A stretch of DNA of 64,000 nt from Oopsacas minuta (GCA_024704765.1 JAKMXF010000337.1:124001-188000); one strand, 5' to 3'. Counted from the stretch's first letter, positions 10,641 through 25,770 are shown. The notes: generated by a model from the sequence alone, not told the origin. Numbers and translations are program-made.

Positions 10641-13600
10641 GATGGGTGTCGATCTTGACGGGGCCGACTGGTCAGGTTTTGGGGTATCAGACTCCTGAAA
10701 TTTTAATTATGTTTGTTAGGGTTAATTCATTCAACAAGGAAGTCATTAATTATTAATACAGTTTTCACGATTTTCTATAACACTGATTATTTTGTATTCA
10801 GAATCCTGACCCATGTTCACTACCTAGAGTTGTTCACTATTTGGAAGTTTAACTGTACTTACATTTTCTACTCGAGCCATTAATTATGTATTCTTTCATT
10901 TAGCAAGGAAGCCACTGGTCCTAGGCAAAGTAATTAGGAATATACATTCGAACTTTCAATTAATTATTACAATTTCTATCCTTCTAAATAGATAGATTCT
11001 AATGTCTAGCTTGGAACGTAGTGAACCTATGTCGCATGAAGCGCAACACCCTGAAAAAAAAGAGACAGACCCTCCTCTCATCATTTCTTCCGAAGGCAAC
11101 TTCAATAACTTCCCCGTCGGAAACTACAATCTACAATTCAGTTCCCACGGCCAGCAAAGTCGCAGATATATCTTGTGACGATCTGGACGATCAGCATGTA
11201 ATTGGTGGTGCGTTCGAAGTGCATATAAAAAATTTTGAAAAACTGTTTCCTATTCTGCAAGATGATAGCATGTTACCGAATGTGCTTCCAAGTGTCGAAT
11301 ATAAAGATGACCGTAGGAGATTTCTCAAGAAAGAGTGGTTAAAGATATATCCCTGGATGAAGCTCAATGGCGACCTGAATACTTGTCATTGTGCTGTATG
11401 CTATTGGGCAATCTAAACAAGCGAACTCATCCATCAGAGCGTGGAGACACCCTGGAGAACTCTAAATAGGCTAAGACGAACAAAGAGAGGGCTGGCCAGC
11501 TTCAAACATGGAAAGAGTCATCTGGACGGCCATGAGGGCGTTGACCACACTAATGCGTGGCGTGTATACCAAATGGAGCTTAATAAGCAAAATGTAGATT
11601 CTATGTTGAGACAAAACCGCTCCGACGAACTCAGAAGAAACAGAGTGGGGCTCAGGGTGATTTTCGATAGCCCATGACGTGTGCAAACCAAGGGATTTCA
11701 CTTCGAGGACATGGTGATGAGAAGCAGGCTGGAAACCTCTGGAATCTTGTGCCTTTAGGGAGTCGGTTCAACAAAGACGCCAAGAAATATTTCTCAAATG
11801 ACTCAAACTCCAAGATCAAGTTTCTCAGTCCGGGAATTCAAAATGAAATGATAAAGTTGTTGGCTGACAATCTGTTGAATTTCTTCTTATCTAAAATCCG
11901 AGAAGAGTCTACCGCTGGACAGGCCAAAGCAGAGGGACGTTTCTTTTACTCTTGTATCATGGACGAGACTCAAGATATTAGGAGGCGTGAACAAGTCAGC
12001 GTTTGTGAGCGGTATGTAGATGCTGAGTTGACTCCGACAAAAGTATTTCTAGAGTTCTTCTACACAATAACCACCGAAGCTGAAGCATTGCTAACAGTTC
12101 TTAAGGAGGCTCTCGTTTCCTTAAATCCTCAGTTTGGGAACCTCAGGAGACAGGGCTATGATGGAGCAGCCAATATGAGTGGATGTGAACACGGTCTCCA
12201 AGCTAAGGTCAGGGAGGAGAACCCGCGTGCTCTTTGGATGTATTGCTTTGGACATAACCTAAACCTTGTAGTGCAAGACAGGATGAAGGACCGTGATATG
12301 GAGAACGCAATTCAAAAAACGCGCTCTGTAATCACATTTATCGAGGCATCCTCGAAGAGGTACGAGGTATTTAAGAAGATGGCAGCACAGGAAGATCACT
12401 ATGATCGTCGCAAGATAAGACCATTGTGTCCAACTAGATGGGCAATGAGACTAGCCTCTGTCGATAGCATGCTACTGCATTATACTACAGTATTAATGCA
12501 ACTGGAGATCGCTCTGGATGACCGTGAGCTCAAGCCTGATAAGCGCGCAGAAGCACGAGCGTTCATACGCTCCTTGGAGGAGTTGAATACGCATTTTGTA
12601 GCAGAACATTCCGGAAGCTATTGCTCATCACCAACCCCATTCATGTGATGTGCCAGGCTAAATGTGTCACTGTAGGGAACGTGAGGTCCTGGGTCCAAAG
12701 TTTGATTGCTACACTATCTGGTATTGGGACAGATGAAGTTGGTACTGCATCCTTCTACAGGAAGTAAAAGCCGCTGCTCACAAGCTGAGGATCGACGAGC
12801 CAAAGCTTCCTAGAGTTTCCCGAGCACGGCGCGGAGATGCCGCTGATGTTGATGATGCTGACGAAATCTCTAATCGCATCGAAGAGCTCTACGTCAAAAT
12901 ATTTACCAAGGTAAGATATTATGAACTATGTAATTCAAAACAAGTAAGCATTAATTTAAAAATTTTTTTGCAAGGTTTTCTCTTCAGCTGCAACATCTCT
13001 GATCCTGCAATACTTACGCTAGGACCTTCGTATGGCAGACTTCTACGCAGCTTAATTGAGGATCCTGACATGGCCGAAGCAGAGTTGACCGAACTCATAA
13101 CCTTCTACGATGGCGACCTACCAAGCATGGAACAACTAAAATTGGAGAGATAGGCCTAGTATGGTCAGTGTGACGAACAGGTCATAGAAAAGACTACAAA
13201 GGTCTCAGGAAGGTTTAACTTCTGAGCACGGAATGCGAGGAATGCTAAAAGGGATGCACATAGTTCTAGTGCTGTACCTCATCCTACCCGCCACGACCTG
13301 TGAAGCGGAGCGGTTGTTCAGTGTGCCTCGCAGACTGCTCACCTACATACGTTCCAGGAAGTGCCAAGAGAGACTGAGTGGCCGGGCCATTCTAAAATAC
13401 CACAGAGATGTTGTACATGAGGTGCTACCAATAGGGAAGACGATGGAAGATTTCATTGAGAGGACGACAGTGAGGAGGAACATGTTTTTTAATGTGGAGA
13501 ACTACTGAACTAGATCTTTGAATATTTGGTGATTTTATAGTTGCGTTGTCTTATAGCTTATGCTTTTGTTCAGTTTGTTGGCTAAATTTAAATGTTCAAG

Positions 13601-13717
13601 ACTTTTTATACTGGACGCAAAATGTATGATTATGAATTTCGACTTAATGAACCCCGAAGCCTCGTGGGCATGGTCCCGTTAACTACATTCCGAAATCTGA
13701 AAAGTTCGACACCTATG
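10641..13717 (+). mobile_element. Degenerate hAT transposon (ZMYM1-like transposase remnants at 11021-13508)
   Basis: Imperfect TIRs GATGGGTGTCGATCTT / CATAGGTGTCGAACTT (13/16; no TSD seen). Motifs GISLRGH, IMDETQD, QGYDGAANMSG, CFGHNLNL, LCPTRW, ILPATTCEAERLFS. Confidence 0.8.
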
Positions 13718-14599
13718 ACTACGTATAGATAGAATAAAAGAAAAGAAAAATTATGGAGTTGTTGAACTCGTTATATTAGACAAAGTTAATGACTCATAGA
13801 AATTCTAGGAAAAGTGGGAAGCCATAGGCCCAATTACCCCTATTCCAACGCCCTGTTGAAGGATATTCCATGCTACCTAAACGGTAAATGGCCCCTACGT
13901 CGCATCTACACAGTAACCCCAAAGTGGACGGTTACAGCGACTGTGATTGGATATGGGTAGACTTGATATTACCAGGTTCCTTCAGTCGAACTAAAACCAA
14001 TTTTATAACTTGTCAAATGCATCCTCTAACTCACTGTATATTTTAACTTTCTGTTGGTACCCTATTTGATGTAAATATTTGTTCTTGTTATCCAGAAATT
14101 CGTATTAACGGTGTTCGTACCGAGGTTTCATTGTATTTATTAACAAATTAAGACGTATGGAATTCCACATTGTTATATATTATCTAGCTATTAAGGTTGG
14201 AGGAGAATACATAGGCCATCACTTAAAGGAACATGATTTGAATCCTTTCATGAAGATTCCTATATAGACACTTCCACGAATAGGGATTCCTCTAAGTGGC
14301 ATTATTACTGAAAGAAAGCACTCATTTTACAAACATGAGTTTGTAATCTTAAAGTTGGCGCTTTGGGTGTCGATCTGTGCTGAATTGAATTTCAGGATTA
14401 TATTACAGTCCTCTCGGATTGGCTTGCAGGCTTGTCCTGACCAATTATTAGAGCGTCTCGAACAGACCTTAATCAAGTCAATTTCAGGTCAATTTCATGT
14501 CATTATCATGTCATCTACACGTCATTTAGAGTATTTTAAGCTCATTTTCTGGTTTCAGAGAGTTTACGGTCTTCTTTCTATATTCTTGCCTTATTAATC

Positions 14600-16857
14600 C
14601 TGTCACTTAGTAAACTCGTAAAATTGATTGTATTACTTCTATAATACGATCAACTATTTTCGAGTATGATATATCTTCGATGTAATACGTTGAACAGCAT
14701 TTACTAAAGATGGCTTTCTACCTGGTCAAAGGAGATTGAAACATATCACGGTTTTAAGTCCCATGACGCAAGCTCTGATCATCTACTTTCCAAGACTCGC
14801 TGGAAAAGTTACAGCACCCAGAAAAAGAATCCAGCATCCGGCATTAGAAATATGTTAGGCCCTGAGAGGCCTTATGTAGTGGAAAATAATCGTGTATACA
14901 CGAAAACACTGTTGGAGTATCATCGGTACTTTTGTTCCGAGGGATAGCATATAGAAGACACGATGAAACTAATGAATCTCTCAATGCTAGAAAGTGGAAA
15001 GATTTATCAAGACTATGCTATGCACTAACCCAACATTTAAGCAACTGCACGGTAGGATGCTACAACAATATAATGCGTATGATGACACGTCAAAGCGATC
15101 ATCAATCGATTTGGTAAAGCGTTAGCTTCCGAGGTTCGTCATCAAAGTGAGAAACGATTACACAGCGCAGGGATGTAATCAATGCTCATTGATGAATGCA
15201 AAGATAATGCGGGCATGAAGAGCTGTCCACCTGTTTTAGATTTGTAAACGAAGGACGAATCGAAGAGCGATTTTATGATCTCACCAGGCTAAAAGAAACT
15301 AGTGCCCAGACTATTGTCAAAGGAGTTTTGCCAACCACTGAAAAACTGTGTTCTTCCACCACGCATTTGACAGTTGGAGCAGATGGCGCATCTATCATGA
15401 CAGGGTGCTACGAAGATGTAGGTGCTAAACTAAAAAGACATTACCCTTGGTTGTTGTACATCCATTGTGCTGGGCACCGTTTGAATTTGGTTGTAGCTAC
15501 TTATTTCGAACAGTTTCTGAAGCAAATAATGTTATAAATGTCTATAAGTCCTTACATGACATTCTCAACATCGTCAGTCACAGGGAAATATTTGAAACTG
15601 TGCAAAAGGAGTGTTATCCAAACAGTCTATAATGGCAACCTCCTCTCTTACGGAAGTCCGATGTTCTTGTAGGTTTGAGGGAGTTAATATTATGGTTAAA
15701 AGACTTCAGGCAATTCTTGTAAGTCTGCAGAAGATTGGTGCTTCGAATTCCACCAAACTGATTTGGCTGCGGGTCTCTATCACAAGATTCTCTCGGAAAA
15801 ATTTGTTATATCGTTTTGCTTCCTCCACAAGGTATTAGCCATAATGGATGGATTAAGTAAGACTATGCAAGAGTATGACACCAAATGGGTAAATGTTGCA
15901 AACGAAATGTTGGCTGTGAATCCTTATCCTCGAGCTTAAAACCAACGACATCATAGAACATGAGGAAGAGCTTTGTACAACTGTAAACATTGTATTGGAC
16001 TATGAGAATCCTCTGTATGTTCCGAGGCGGGGTGTCACAAGATCTACAAGCATACGCGAGTTTTGTGAAAGTCTTAAGGTACCTTCTCTTCTCATGCTTC
16101 TTGAGGAATTGGAACGACGTTTCTCAAGGAAGAATCCCAGTATGCTGACAGCACTGGAAGCTCTAGATGCGCCAAAACCGACATACCTGGATTATAACAC
16201 CATATCCACCCTTGTTGGAAAATTCGGAGATGGTCGGAAATTTGACTCGGCATTACTAAAAACAGAGTGTGAACAAGCGAATATTTTGATTGCAGCTGGA
16301 AAACACAATGATTCTGAGTTGTACCCAACCTTTTCAAAGATTTGGCCATTTCGAAGACCTTACCTGTAGGTACCACAACGGTGGAAAGGAGTTTTAGTGC
16401 GATGAATCGCATATTAAGCTGGGCTCGAAACAGCTTAGATTATTCGTTGGCCAGTGACTTTATGCTGCTTTCGATGAACAAAGACATTTTTAAAAGACTA
16501 AATTTGGATAAAGTGCTTAATCGTTGGGTGAATCAAACAGTCTGAGTTCCACCATTTAACTAAGTACACTTTAGAAATATATTATTTACACACTTAAGTC
16601 TTTTTAACACTTGAGCTTTTGTTCTTCATTAAGGCTTTTGAACACTTGAGGATTAGTATTGTATTCTCTCAATTTCGCACCACTGTATGCTATTTTGGTG
16701 TGTTGGTTCTATTACAATTTGTACTCACTCCTTCCACTTGTAAAGTAAAAGATTTCTTGTGTGTTTCCACTTTTTTACTCAAATTTCATTCAACGTTATT
16801 CTTTCGAAATTATTGGGGGAGCTCCCGCCCCCTCTCGCCCCCTAGTGTCAGCCAATA
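14600..16857 (+). pseudogene. Degenerate hAT transposase (ZMYM1-like) with GC-rich 3' terminus; 5' end not resolved
   Basis: GIAYRRHDE, LIDECKDN, GADGASIMTG, YIHCAGHRLNL, LPVGTTTVERSFSAMNRI. Confidence 0.8.
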
Positions 16858-18529
16858 ATTATCATAGAGAGATAATACTTCAGTTGACATGGCCATTTAG
16901 AAATAACACGAATGAAATATTGGGGATTGAATTTCGAAATACGACTTAACAATCAAATATCAAAAATATTATTTATCGTAGATATATACGTGACTAGAAA
17001 ATCAAGGAGCATTGTATATAACAAATGGCTGAATTTTCAATCATAATCAGGATCTAATGGGCATGTTAATGTAGTCATATTTTAGGTCTCACAGACTTCA
17101 AATCTAATTAGCATAAGAATATATATACGCTACAAATATTTCATGTGTTATGTATAATCCAACCAATTATGGATAGATGTTCATTGTTCAACGTCATAAC
17201 TCGAATAATAGAGTCTCTAATGTTAGTAATGAGTATTAATATAACTATACAAAGCACACGACAAGAATGTACATGAATAATACCGAGAAAATGATATATA
17301 GTAGCGTGTCGGAGATTTATGAAGAATGTAAAAATCGAGAGGGACATGTTCAACAAACGTCCGATATTCACATAAAAGCGGACATATCCCAGAAAAGGTT
17401 TGTTGGAAGTATGTAATGTTTTGAGAAATTGTTGGAAATATAGAATAACGATAATATAAATATACACAAGCTAGATATTGAATCTAATTAACATTTTTGA
17501 GATTTTTAGCCAAAATGTTTCGGATAAAAACAGGTCAAAATAGAAATTGAATAAAATTATTTCAGGACGTCACAGATGTCAGTAAATAGCAATTTCTTAC
17601 TCAACGCACATTGTATTACATAACCCATATGCTCTTTTGTGATGAGAATTTTTCAACTTTTCGTAAAGAATTTACACACGTGTAGGATTATTAGGAGTAA
17701 GACTTTCTAGATAAATTATTAGCAAACATTGTATATTAATAGCTACAAAATAGTATAAACTGATTAGAACAAATAGATAATCATTATATCTGAACTATCC
17801 TTCGATTATCCAAAACCCAAGTTGTAATGTGTGTAACGAATTTTTCTGAAAATTGAAAAATGAAAAATTGAAAAGATATTTCATTTTTTACATTTTCAGA
17901 ATTATAGTCCCCTATTAAAAATTGGCTTAATGGTAATATTAGCGGTTTGCAGCTGTGTTCTAGATCTAAAGATCATTATCGAAATTTTCCTATTGCGGTC
18001 TAGTTTTCCAATTTTTGATAATCTGTACTTAGTTAGTAATTTTTCTTCCTACATACTTCCATGGAACTATAATTCTGATATCACCAAATTTATGATGCTT
18101 GGGTGTGTGACAATATTTTGAAAGTGAGAATGCAGGAATGGATTTTCGTAGCCATATAGTGAATACAATTGGACAATTGACTGAAAATCAAGCGAAGTAA
18201 CCGCATACTCTGCCTCAATTCTTTATTCAACATTGCAATTGTATCGTTAAAGTGTCAGGCAATTGCCACAGGCTACGATTATATTTCTTCTAGCGAATGA
18301 GATAACTACCACAATCAGATTATTCAATTACGTCCATGGGGAAGCAACAAGAAAATATTTGACGTAGTTACTTAGTCTGCCACAATACTTGCTGCGCCTC
18401 AGGAAAGCCAGCAAGCTTTCAAAGTTATTGCAGCAAACTCAGCAGCTTCATGACATACCTACCTAATATTTTCACCCGAAATAGTTGCCCTTTTGTAAAA
18501 TTTTCAAACTTGAGTAAAGAGCACATACC

Positions 18530-19120
18530 AAAATATGTACACTGCTAGCTAAATATTCGGGCTTTCTAGAAGTGAAATTATTGCTGATCTCTAGATTGTG
18601 TTTAAGGATCATAGTCCATCAGATCCAAAGTAGATTACTGAGAAAGGGTCAACGTGGGGACAGGAGGTTTTAGAAGATGAATTCAAGAGAGGTAGGCGAA
18701 AATCAGTCACTATCAGTGGAAATGTCCTTGATGAAGTAAAGTGTTAGTGGAGGAAGAACCTCATAAAGGTAAAGTAACCGAGATCATAGTTCAAAGGGGT
18801 AAATTACTCGAGAAGAATATGCCAACAACTGCATGTAAAAAGTTAAAGAACACTCCTGGGAGCAAAGATCGAAGTCAGGACCAAGAGGACTCAATCTACA
18901 GCAAATAATGCCAAGCCTCACAAAACTAAACTCGTGAAGTCTGTATTAGAATGTATGAAGGTAACCAACATAGAACACCCAGCCACTCACCTGATCCTGT
19001 CCAATGCGACTTTTGGTTATTTTCAAGACTAAATGAAGACTTAGAGGCAAACACATTAAGAACAGGACCGACATATGAAACGATGTAAGGAGATTCAAAG
19101 GTCACCCTACATGAAGACTA
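18530..19120 (+). pseudogene. Heavily decayed, internally deleted mariner transposase remnant
   Basis: Pieces LSRSEIIADL.IVFKDHSPS, LEDEFKRGR and HPAHSPDPVQCDFWLFSRL (cf. HPPYSPDLAPCDFWLF). Confidence 0.6.
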
Positions 19121-20144
19121 CAAAGAAGTATTGTCGATTTTTTAATTTACAGTCTCATTCTCCTAAGAAACCGGTTCGAGGCAATTTTTCCAGATTAAGA
19201 TGAAACCCAATTAACGGGGAAATTGAATAATATTGAGTGAAACCAATCTAGGCTATTAGAATTTGGCCAACAAGAGGATTTATTCTTGAATGAGTTCGTA
19301 AATTTCAAAGATTAGCTGAGTTTGCCCCAATTAACTGAATATCGTTGTATAACTTTGGGTGAAAAGATTCATTCCTGGAGATTTGTCCCAATTATTTCCC
19401 TGATAAACGGTGTCTCAATGAAGCTGAGTTGAATTTAATAGTAAAGATTTCAATGATTAGTGTGAAATATTATCAATGGTTCGATTAATGCAAATGAACA
19501 TCCTTGAAGAGTAAACAAGTAACAAGTTGATTGAAACAGCACTTGAAACTTCAAACCTCATAGACTCAAATCCTTCGTTTATGACAGGTGACAGACAAAT
19601 CTTCGCATATTCAATCAACAATCTCGTCACGTTTCCATAGTGTTAATTGGAAAAGTTGTCTAAATTATATAACGTATACCCGCTGAAATCGTGAGGTTTA
19701 ATGAGAACTCTCAAGGAGGCTATAGCTATAGAAATGAAAATTCAGCAACAATCGGACAAAATAAATATTTATGCTGAATAAAGCCTCATGCAACTATGTC
19801 CTTAACTTTTTAACTACTTACCCCCACCGAAAATATTTTTGATCAATGTCCATGTTAAACCACTTGAGTGGCTTGGGAAATAAAACACATAACTCCACCT
19901 CCTGAATTCGAAGCCTGCATATACACGCTCATTAAACTCGGGAAAACAAGCTTCGATTGAAAGCCTTTTTGCGACAGTTATAGCCCCTAAGGAATTTGGG
20001 AGTCATGTAATTCCCAACAACTTTACCACATACTATATGAAATACTACCGCCATTCTGTCAAATAATCTACCTTCCCGATCTGGTAGCATTATCCTATCA
20101 AAGGTGAGCTATGAGAGGGAAAGTCGGGCATAAAGTCTCTTATA

Positions 20145-21455
20145 CGAGGGGCACTCGAAAAGTTTTGCCGTTTGATATGAAACCATTAATCTGTCGGATA
20201 TCTTTCCGCATCCATCTTTTCAGACATATTTTATTACTCTACCTTGAAACTTTCATTCATTTATCTCTTCTACTTTCATAAATTAGATAATTTTAGTATA
20301 CATGGCTTCTAAAATATCTCAATCTAAATCAGATCTCACAAACGTGATTTACGAGCAATTATTTTGATCTTTCTCAAATTACAGAAGACAAGAGTAGAAA
20401 TCTATGAATCCTTACAGGAACATTTCCCGGATATAGCTCCTTCTCTAAGTACAGTTGAACGATGGTACAGGGAATTTATTCACGGAAACTTTGTTCTTGA
20501 AGATGCCCCTCGTTCAGGAAGAACGAATATTTCACATAATCAAGAAAATGTTAACGAAATGCTAGATTTAATTACTAAAAAATCATCATATTACGGACGC
20601 TCAGTTAGAGTATGAAACCGAGTTATCATCGGGACAATTAATATCATTTTGCGCAAAGAGCTTTGTGTCAGGAAGCTATGTGCCCGATGGATCCCCCATT
20701 CTTGAACTTACAGCAAAAAAAATATCCCGCATAAACTTTTGCAAAATTATGCTCAAAAGGTTTGCTAATGGAAGTTAAAGAGCTGTTTCTGAGATCCTAA
20801 CAGGTAATGAGACATGGATATACCATTATGATCCAAAAACAAAGCGAATGTCAAAGGAGTGGGTTGAAGAAGATGCCCCACCTCCAACCAAAAATGCGGA
20901 GGGCTAGATTTGTTGGGAGACAAATGTGGGCGATTTTTTTCAGATCTAGTGGGTTTATCGAAGCTGTTGCTCTCGAGGATAGAAAGACTATTACTGCCGA
21001 CTAGCACACTACAGTGTGCCTACCCAAAGTCATCACAGCAATTGAGTCACAGATGGAGAAGAAAGGCATTAGAGGAATTCTTCTTCATCATGATAACGCA
21101 TCATCGCATACGGTAATCAGAACTTGTGAGTTTTTGGAAAATTCTGGACTCAAAACATTACCTCACCCACCCTACAGTCCTGATTTAGCCCCTTGCGACT
21201 TCTGGTTGTTCCCTAGACTCAAAGATCAATTACGTGGGAGGAGATTTTCGATTAATGAGGAGTTGAGAGGGGCACTTTTCCAAGCGATCAGAGACATACC
21301 CAAAGAAGAGTGGGAAAAATGTTTCGATAATTGGTTTACCAGAATGAAAAAATGCATAGATTGTCAGGGAGAGTATCTTGAAAAAATGTAATAGTCAATT
21401 TTATTATCACTAACTGATATGTCGGTCAACGTCAAAACTTTTTGAGTGCCCTTCG
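20145..21455 (+). mobile_element. Full-length mariner (DD34D) element, 1311 bp, transposase frameshifted (20302-21391)
   Basis: TA|CGAGGGGCACTCGAAAAGTTTTG ... CAAAACTTTTTGAGTGCCCTTCG|TA; WIPH, TGNETW (first catalytic D changed to N), HHDNASSH, HPPYSPDLAPCDFWLFP. Confidence 0.92.
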
Positions 21456-24400
21456 TATCCTGGCTCCGATCGCCGTTCTTGAATCTATGAGAACTTCTTT
21501 CAATGGGCTCGTGGATAGTGTGATTGATGCAAGGTCAACACCTACAGCGGACAATGCCGGAACGATGATATTCGTTGTCCTTTGATGCGATCCAGACTAG
21601 CGCTGAATAGCGGATCATCAATGAGAAAACGCTTGTCGGAAGTAAGACTAGACAAGTTCAAAATCGCAGGAGGTGGACTCGATTGTAGTTGATAAATGCG
21701 TGATACGCATCTGGTAGTAAGTGGTGATTGTTTCAAAAGCCTGGTAAGATGAGTAGAAGGTCCATAGTTCTCAGATGGGTCACCTTAATGGAAGAAAGGA
21801 CAAAGATCTGAAAGGAAGTTTGTCTCAATTCCAGATTATGTTGCCTGAATAAGTCACCTTGAACACACTTCTTGCGTTTCTCCTCTTGCTGCTTGAATGT
21901 TATATACTTATCCCAATTACCATCTCCCTACAGGTATGTTGATCAACAAGAAACTCCAGGTCCTGCGGGATCTGGATGAGTTGAACAGTCTAAGTGAGGG
22001 ATTTCGAATAGAAGCAGCATGGAAGTAGTGAACGGAGTCTCAAGCTGGTTCTGTTTCTAACTGCATTGGTGCCTGCTTTTAATAACAGGCACGAGTTCAA
22101 CAAGTAATCTCTTCAATTTTGAGAGACGTTGTGAAATTCGAATAGCCCCTTTGAACTTGAGGCAGTGGTGAAGTCTCATCAAATGGCTCCGAGTGGAAAC
22201 TGATGAGAATTTCTTCAGAAGTGGCTGCATGATCAGGAAAATGTTAGTTAATTCTAGTGTTTTGATCAAAATCGCCGATCTTTTCTTCAAAGTTGGTATA
22301 TTGTATTATTGTATCTCAATTTGATCTTTTGGAATAATGTCGGATATGTATACACCTATTTTTTGAGAACTGTAACATTCATATTTCAACACAATAGAAA
22401 ACATTTCAGTAAATAATTTCAAATTCATAATACATGATAATCAATACAATAGAAATGACTTCAACCAATTACTTCAATTTCACAAATATTATGGAGTAAA
22501 TCAACAGAATAGAATCACTTCAGTCCATAATCAGTAAGAATTTACTTCATTCAAGGAACAAAGTTGAAATCTGATTTTCTAAATTTCGAATTCAATAGGC
22601 CCCTTGAGGGGTCTATTAGCGTTATCCGATTGGTCTAAAACTTCGCAATCCATATTTTCCTAATAAGGGTATGCATTGTGAGATTCAAAACCTTTTCAGA
22701 ACACCATACTCTTCACAATAATATCTGTTTCTCTCGGGTGACCAGTCGTATTCAATTCAAGAAAAATTTCTAAACAAATATCACTGGGGTTTGAAAGGTA
22801 ACAACTTGATTCTATTCAAATAACACTCTCCACTCTGATATCATTGGATTCTGACATGTGACAAGTTTTATCCAATCTGAGTAACATTCTTTACACTTTA
22901 TTACCTGGGGTCTAACAGGTGACAATTTTCTTCATCTTCGGATCCTAATGTAACCAGGAAAAATATTTTGCCTTTGAAATTACTTGCTTCTGAAACTAAA
23001 TATTCTCTACAACCAATAAGTCCTGCTACTCAGGTAGTGCTATAGCGATTGTTCCTTCTGTTGCTTTGTCATCTGTAGCACCACAGAAACTTGATTTTGA
23101 ACGATCTACCAAGCTGGCGAGTGACCTCACAAGTGAAAAGGTTCCATACTAATATACATCCTAGTCAGAAAGCTCGTCCTACAAAAGTGTCAGACTCGAT
23201 ATTAGAGATTTGTTCGTAGTTAACTGTTAAGTTTCATATTCCTTCAAAGGCGAAGCTTGTTGGCTTAATTGTCCACGATCAGACAGGCAGATTCTTTTCC
23301 AATATCTGCGATAAATTTACTAAAATGGTAATAACCTATACCTCTTGTTTCTGACAAGTTCTACCATTAAGAAACTTGCCACCTTAAGACTCAGGTCGCC
23401 ATTTTCAACCATTTATGTTTCCCAATTTTCGATCTACCTGACATTTTATATCACTTGAACAATATTTTCCTACATCCAGAAATAACCGATTTATTTTTCT
23501 AAGAACAAAATTTCTCAAATCTCAATCCTATATTCTGCACCAACATCCCCGTCTTATAATCATGTATAAAATATGTATACTCACAGCCACGAATATTCAA
23601 ATCCTCTTCCCTTATTGAGTTGCGACTTAGTCTCAGCCTGACTGCAGAATGCTACACAATTATTTATGGTTGAACCGAATATTCGAAACAATAACGGAAG
23701 AATGTTGGTTCATGCAATTCGAACGAATATTCGAATATTCACTCACCTACTGTACACGATCGTCTTGAAATCCCGAAATATAGAAATACGTTAGACTCTC
23801 GTTAAAACATACACCGAGGGACTGTCAAAATTCGTACTCCTTACCCGTGTAGATATTATCCGAACTAATTTCAATTGAAAGGCATCGAAGGGGACTGATA
23901 AAATGTACAAATTTGTACTACCTATCCGGAGTTAAGCATTAGCAGTGTACATATTAAAGAGACCCTACTGTACTTCTAGAGGGGAATTACACCGCAAAAA
24001 CATAGGAACAATGTTATAAATCACGAAAATCAGGCCTTTGTCAAACACATGCATCACAAACTCTGTTTAATAATGCACTTTTCACACTTTCTATGACTAT
24101 TTCCAGGCATAATTCTATAAAATCATGACTTCGGTCTCTGTATGCATAATTATTAGATAAGAAACGTATAATTGTAAACAAATGGCACAAGGAGAAATAG
24201 AATGGCCAGGGCTTTCTGGTAACCTGGGTTTGAATTTGTAGTTTCGAAACTGAACGAATTATCCGTCTGAAGTTGGTAGTTAGCCAATAATTTCTGTAAC
24301 TAAATAGAAATTGTCACAACTCGGTCAGTTTTGAAGCTACATGTTCAAAAATAGGCTAAGGAGAAAACAAGGACAATTGTCTTTCTCCCTGTGTACTATT

Positions 24401-24794
24401 GTCAATCCAATAAAAAATTTGAGCAAAAAATGTGAGCATTAAGACAAAGGTCTAAAATTGTCAATTTTAAAATTAGAAATTTAAAGGTGAATAATGCATA
24501 ATTAGCCCATCTTATGCATATGAAAATTGATCCTTGAGCAACTTTCAAGAATCAAATACTTTCCAGTCTAAAACTTTTCGTAGCACGAACAGCTTCATCC
24601 ATTACAACTTGTAACATGATCACAAGAGAATAGTAAAATGATCAAATATCAATAATTAACATTAAAATGCATTTATAGAGCTAATGTTCGTGATTAGCGA
24701 AAATGTTCGGTTGTTTACGTGGTCACATGACCATTGTCAAAGGTAATCCAAAACATTTCAAATCAATCCTTGTACCACACCACCAGGCTAGCAA

Positions 24795-25770
24795 ACGGGG
24801 CGCATTAAGGGTCGTCTGGGCGCTGGAGCAGTCCAAAATTTTATGGCCCCATGGATCTTACAACGAAAAGACGCCAAAGTTTTCAGAATCAAATTTGCCA
24901 ACAATATAGAAATCTTATATAAAACATACACAACAGAAACAACTCTTTACATAGGCTTTTTCCAGCTCATATTCTTTGCAAATTTTCTATCACATTGCTG
25001 AAATCAAGCTTGCGAACATCTCGTGCTGAATGTACACATGTGTAGCATGACCAGACGTTGTTGACCCATGTTCGATCACAATTGGTTCTTCATGCCCAAC
25101 TCGCTCTACACAACAAGTATCCAAACGGTCGAACTAGCTAAGAATCTACTGCATGAAGTCGATCAACCACTTCAATAAACCTACAGCAGTGTTCAATGCT
25201 CTTCTAGCCGTCTGCAGTTGAGATTCACTTCAAGCGCTAGATTGAGAAGGTGCGAATATCTTGTCCAACAAAGGCATGTTGGGAAGCATCGCAGCATCAG
25301 ATGGTTTTTTTGGCTGCAGCCACTTTGCGAATCGCAGGACCAGATGTGCTCTAATGCGCTGACATTCTCGTACTAGACCACGAGTTATATTGCAGATTAG
25401 TTGTATAGTATGTTTCAATATCAATCATATTTATTTTAATTGACCAAACATTGTAGTTTGAACAACACTTCAGGATAATATAGAATTTAACATCACATTT
25501 AACAACAAGATACTTTCAAACTCTAGATACAATAGTAGTATATAATTCACAGTCTGAATCAATTAAAAACCAATTAGATACCATTAAAAGCAAATAACAA
25601 CTATTCAATATTACTATAGAACTATTGGTAACAAATTTTGATCTAATGAAGTAGCCATCACCCTCTGAAAATTCTCATATTACTCCATTTGAGGTAATCA
25701 CCCTTGTTGGGACCCCTTGCCGGTATTGTTTAATCAACTATGTGCAACTTCTTATCTTACTGTAGCGGGT
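24795..25770 (-). mobile_element. Non-autonomous hAT derivative, copy A (one end truncated)
   Basis: Near-identical to 57700-58650; retains frameshifted hAT C-terminus MGQQRL...IQHEM.RKLDFSNVIENFAKN. Confidence 0.8.

Noticed and set aside
13830-13855. Isolated hAT-like terminus (CAGGGCGTTGGAATAGGGG on minus); similar orphan starts at ~44718 and ~50312
   Set aside because: No partner end or TSD found, so no element could be delimited
17141-17467. Hydrophobic 108-aa ORF and many similar 60-110-aa ORFs in AT-rich stretches or antisense to transposases
   Set aside because: Composition is typical of chance ORFs; no motifs or splice support
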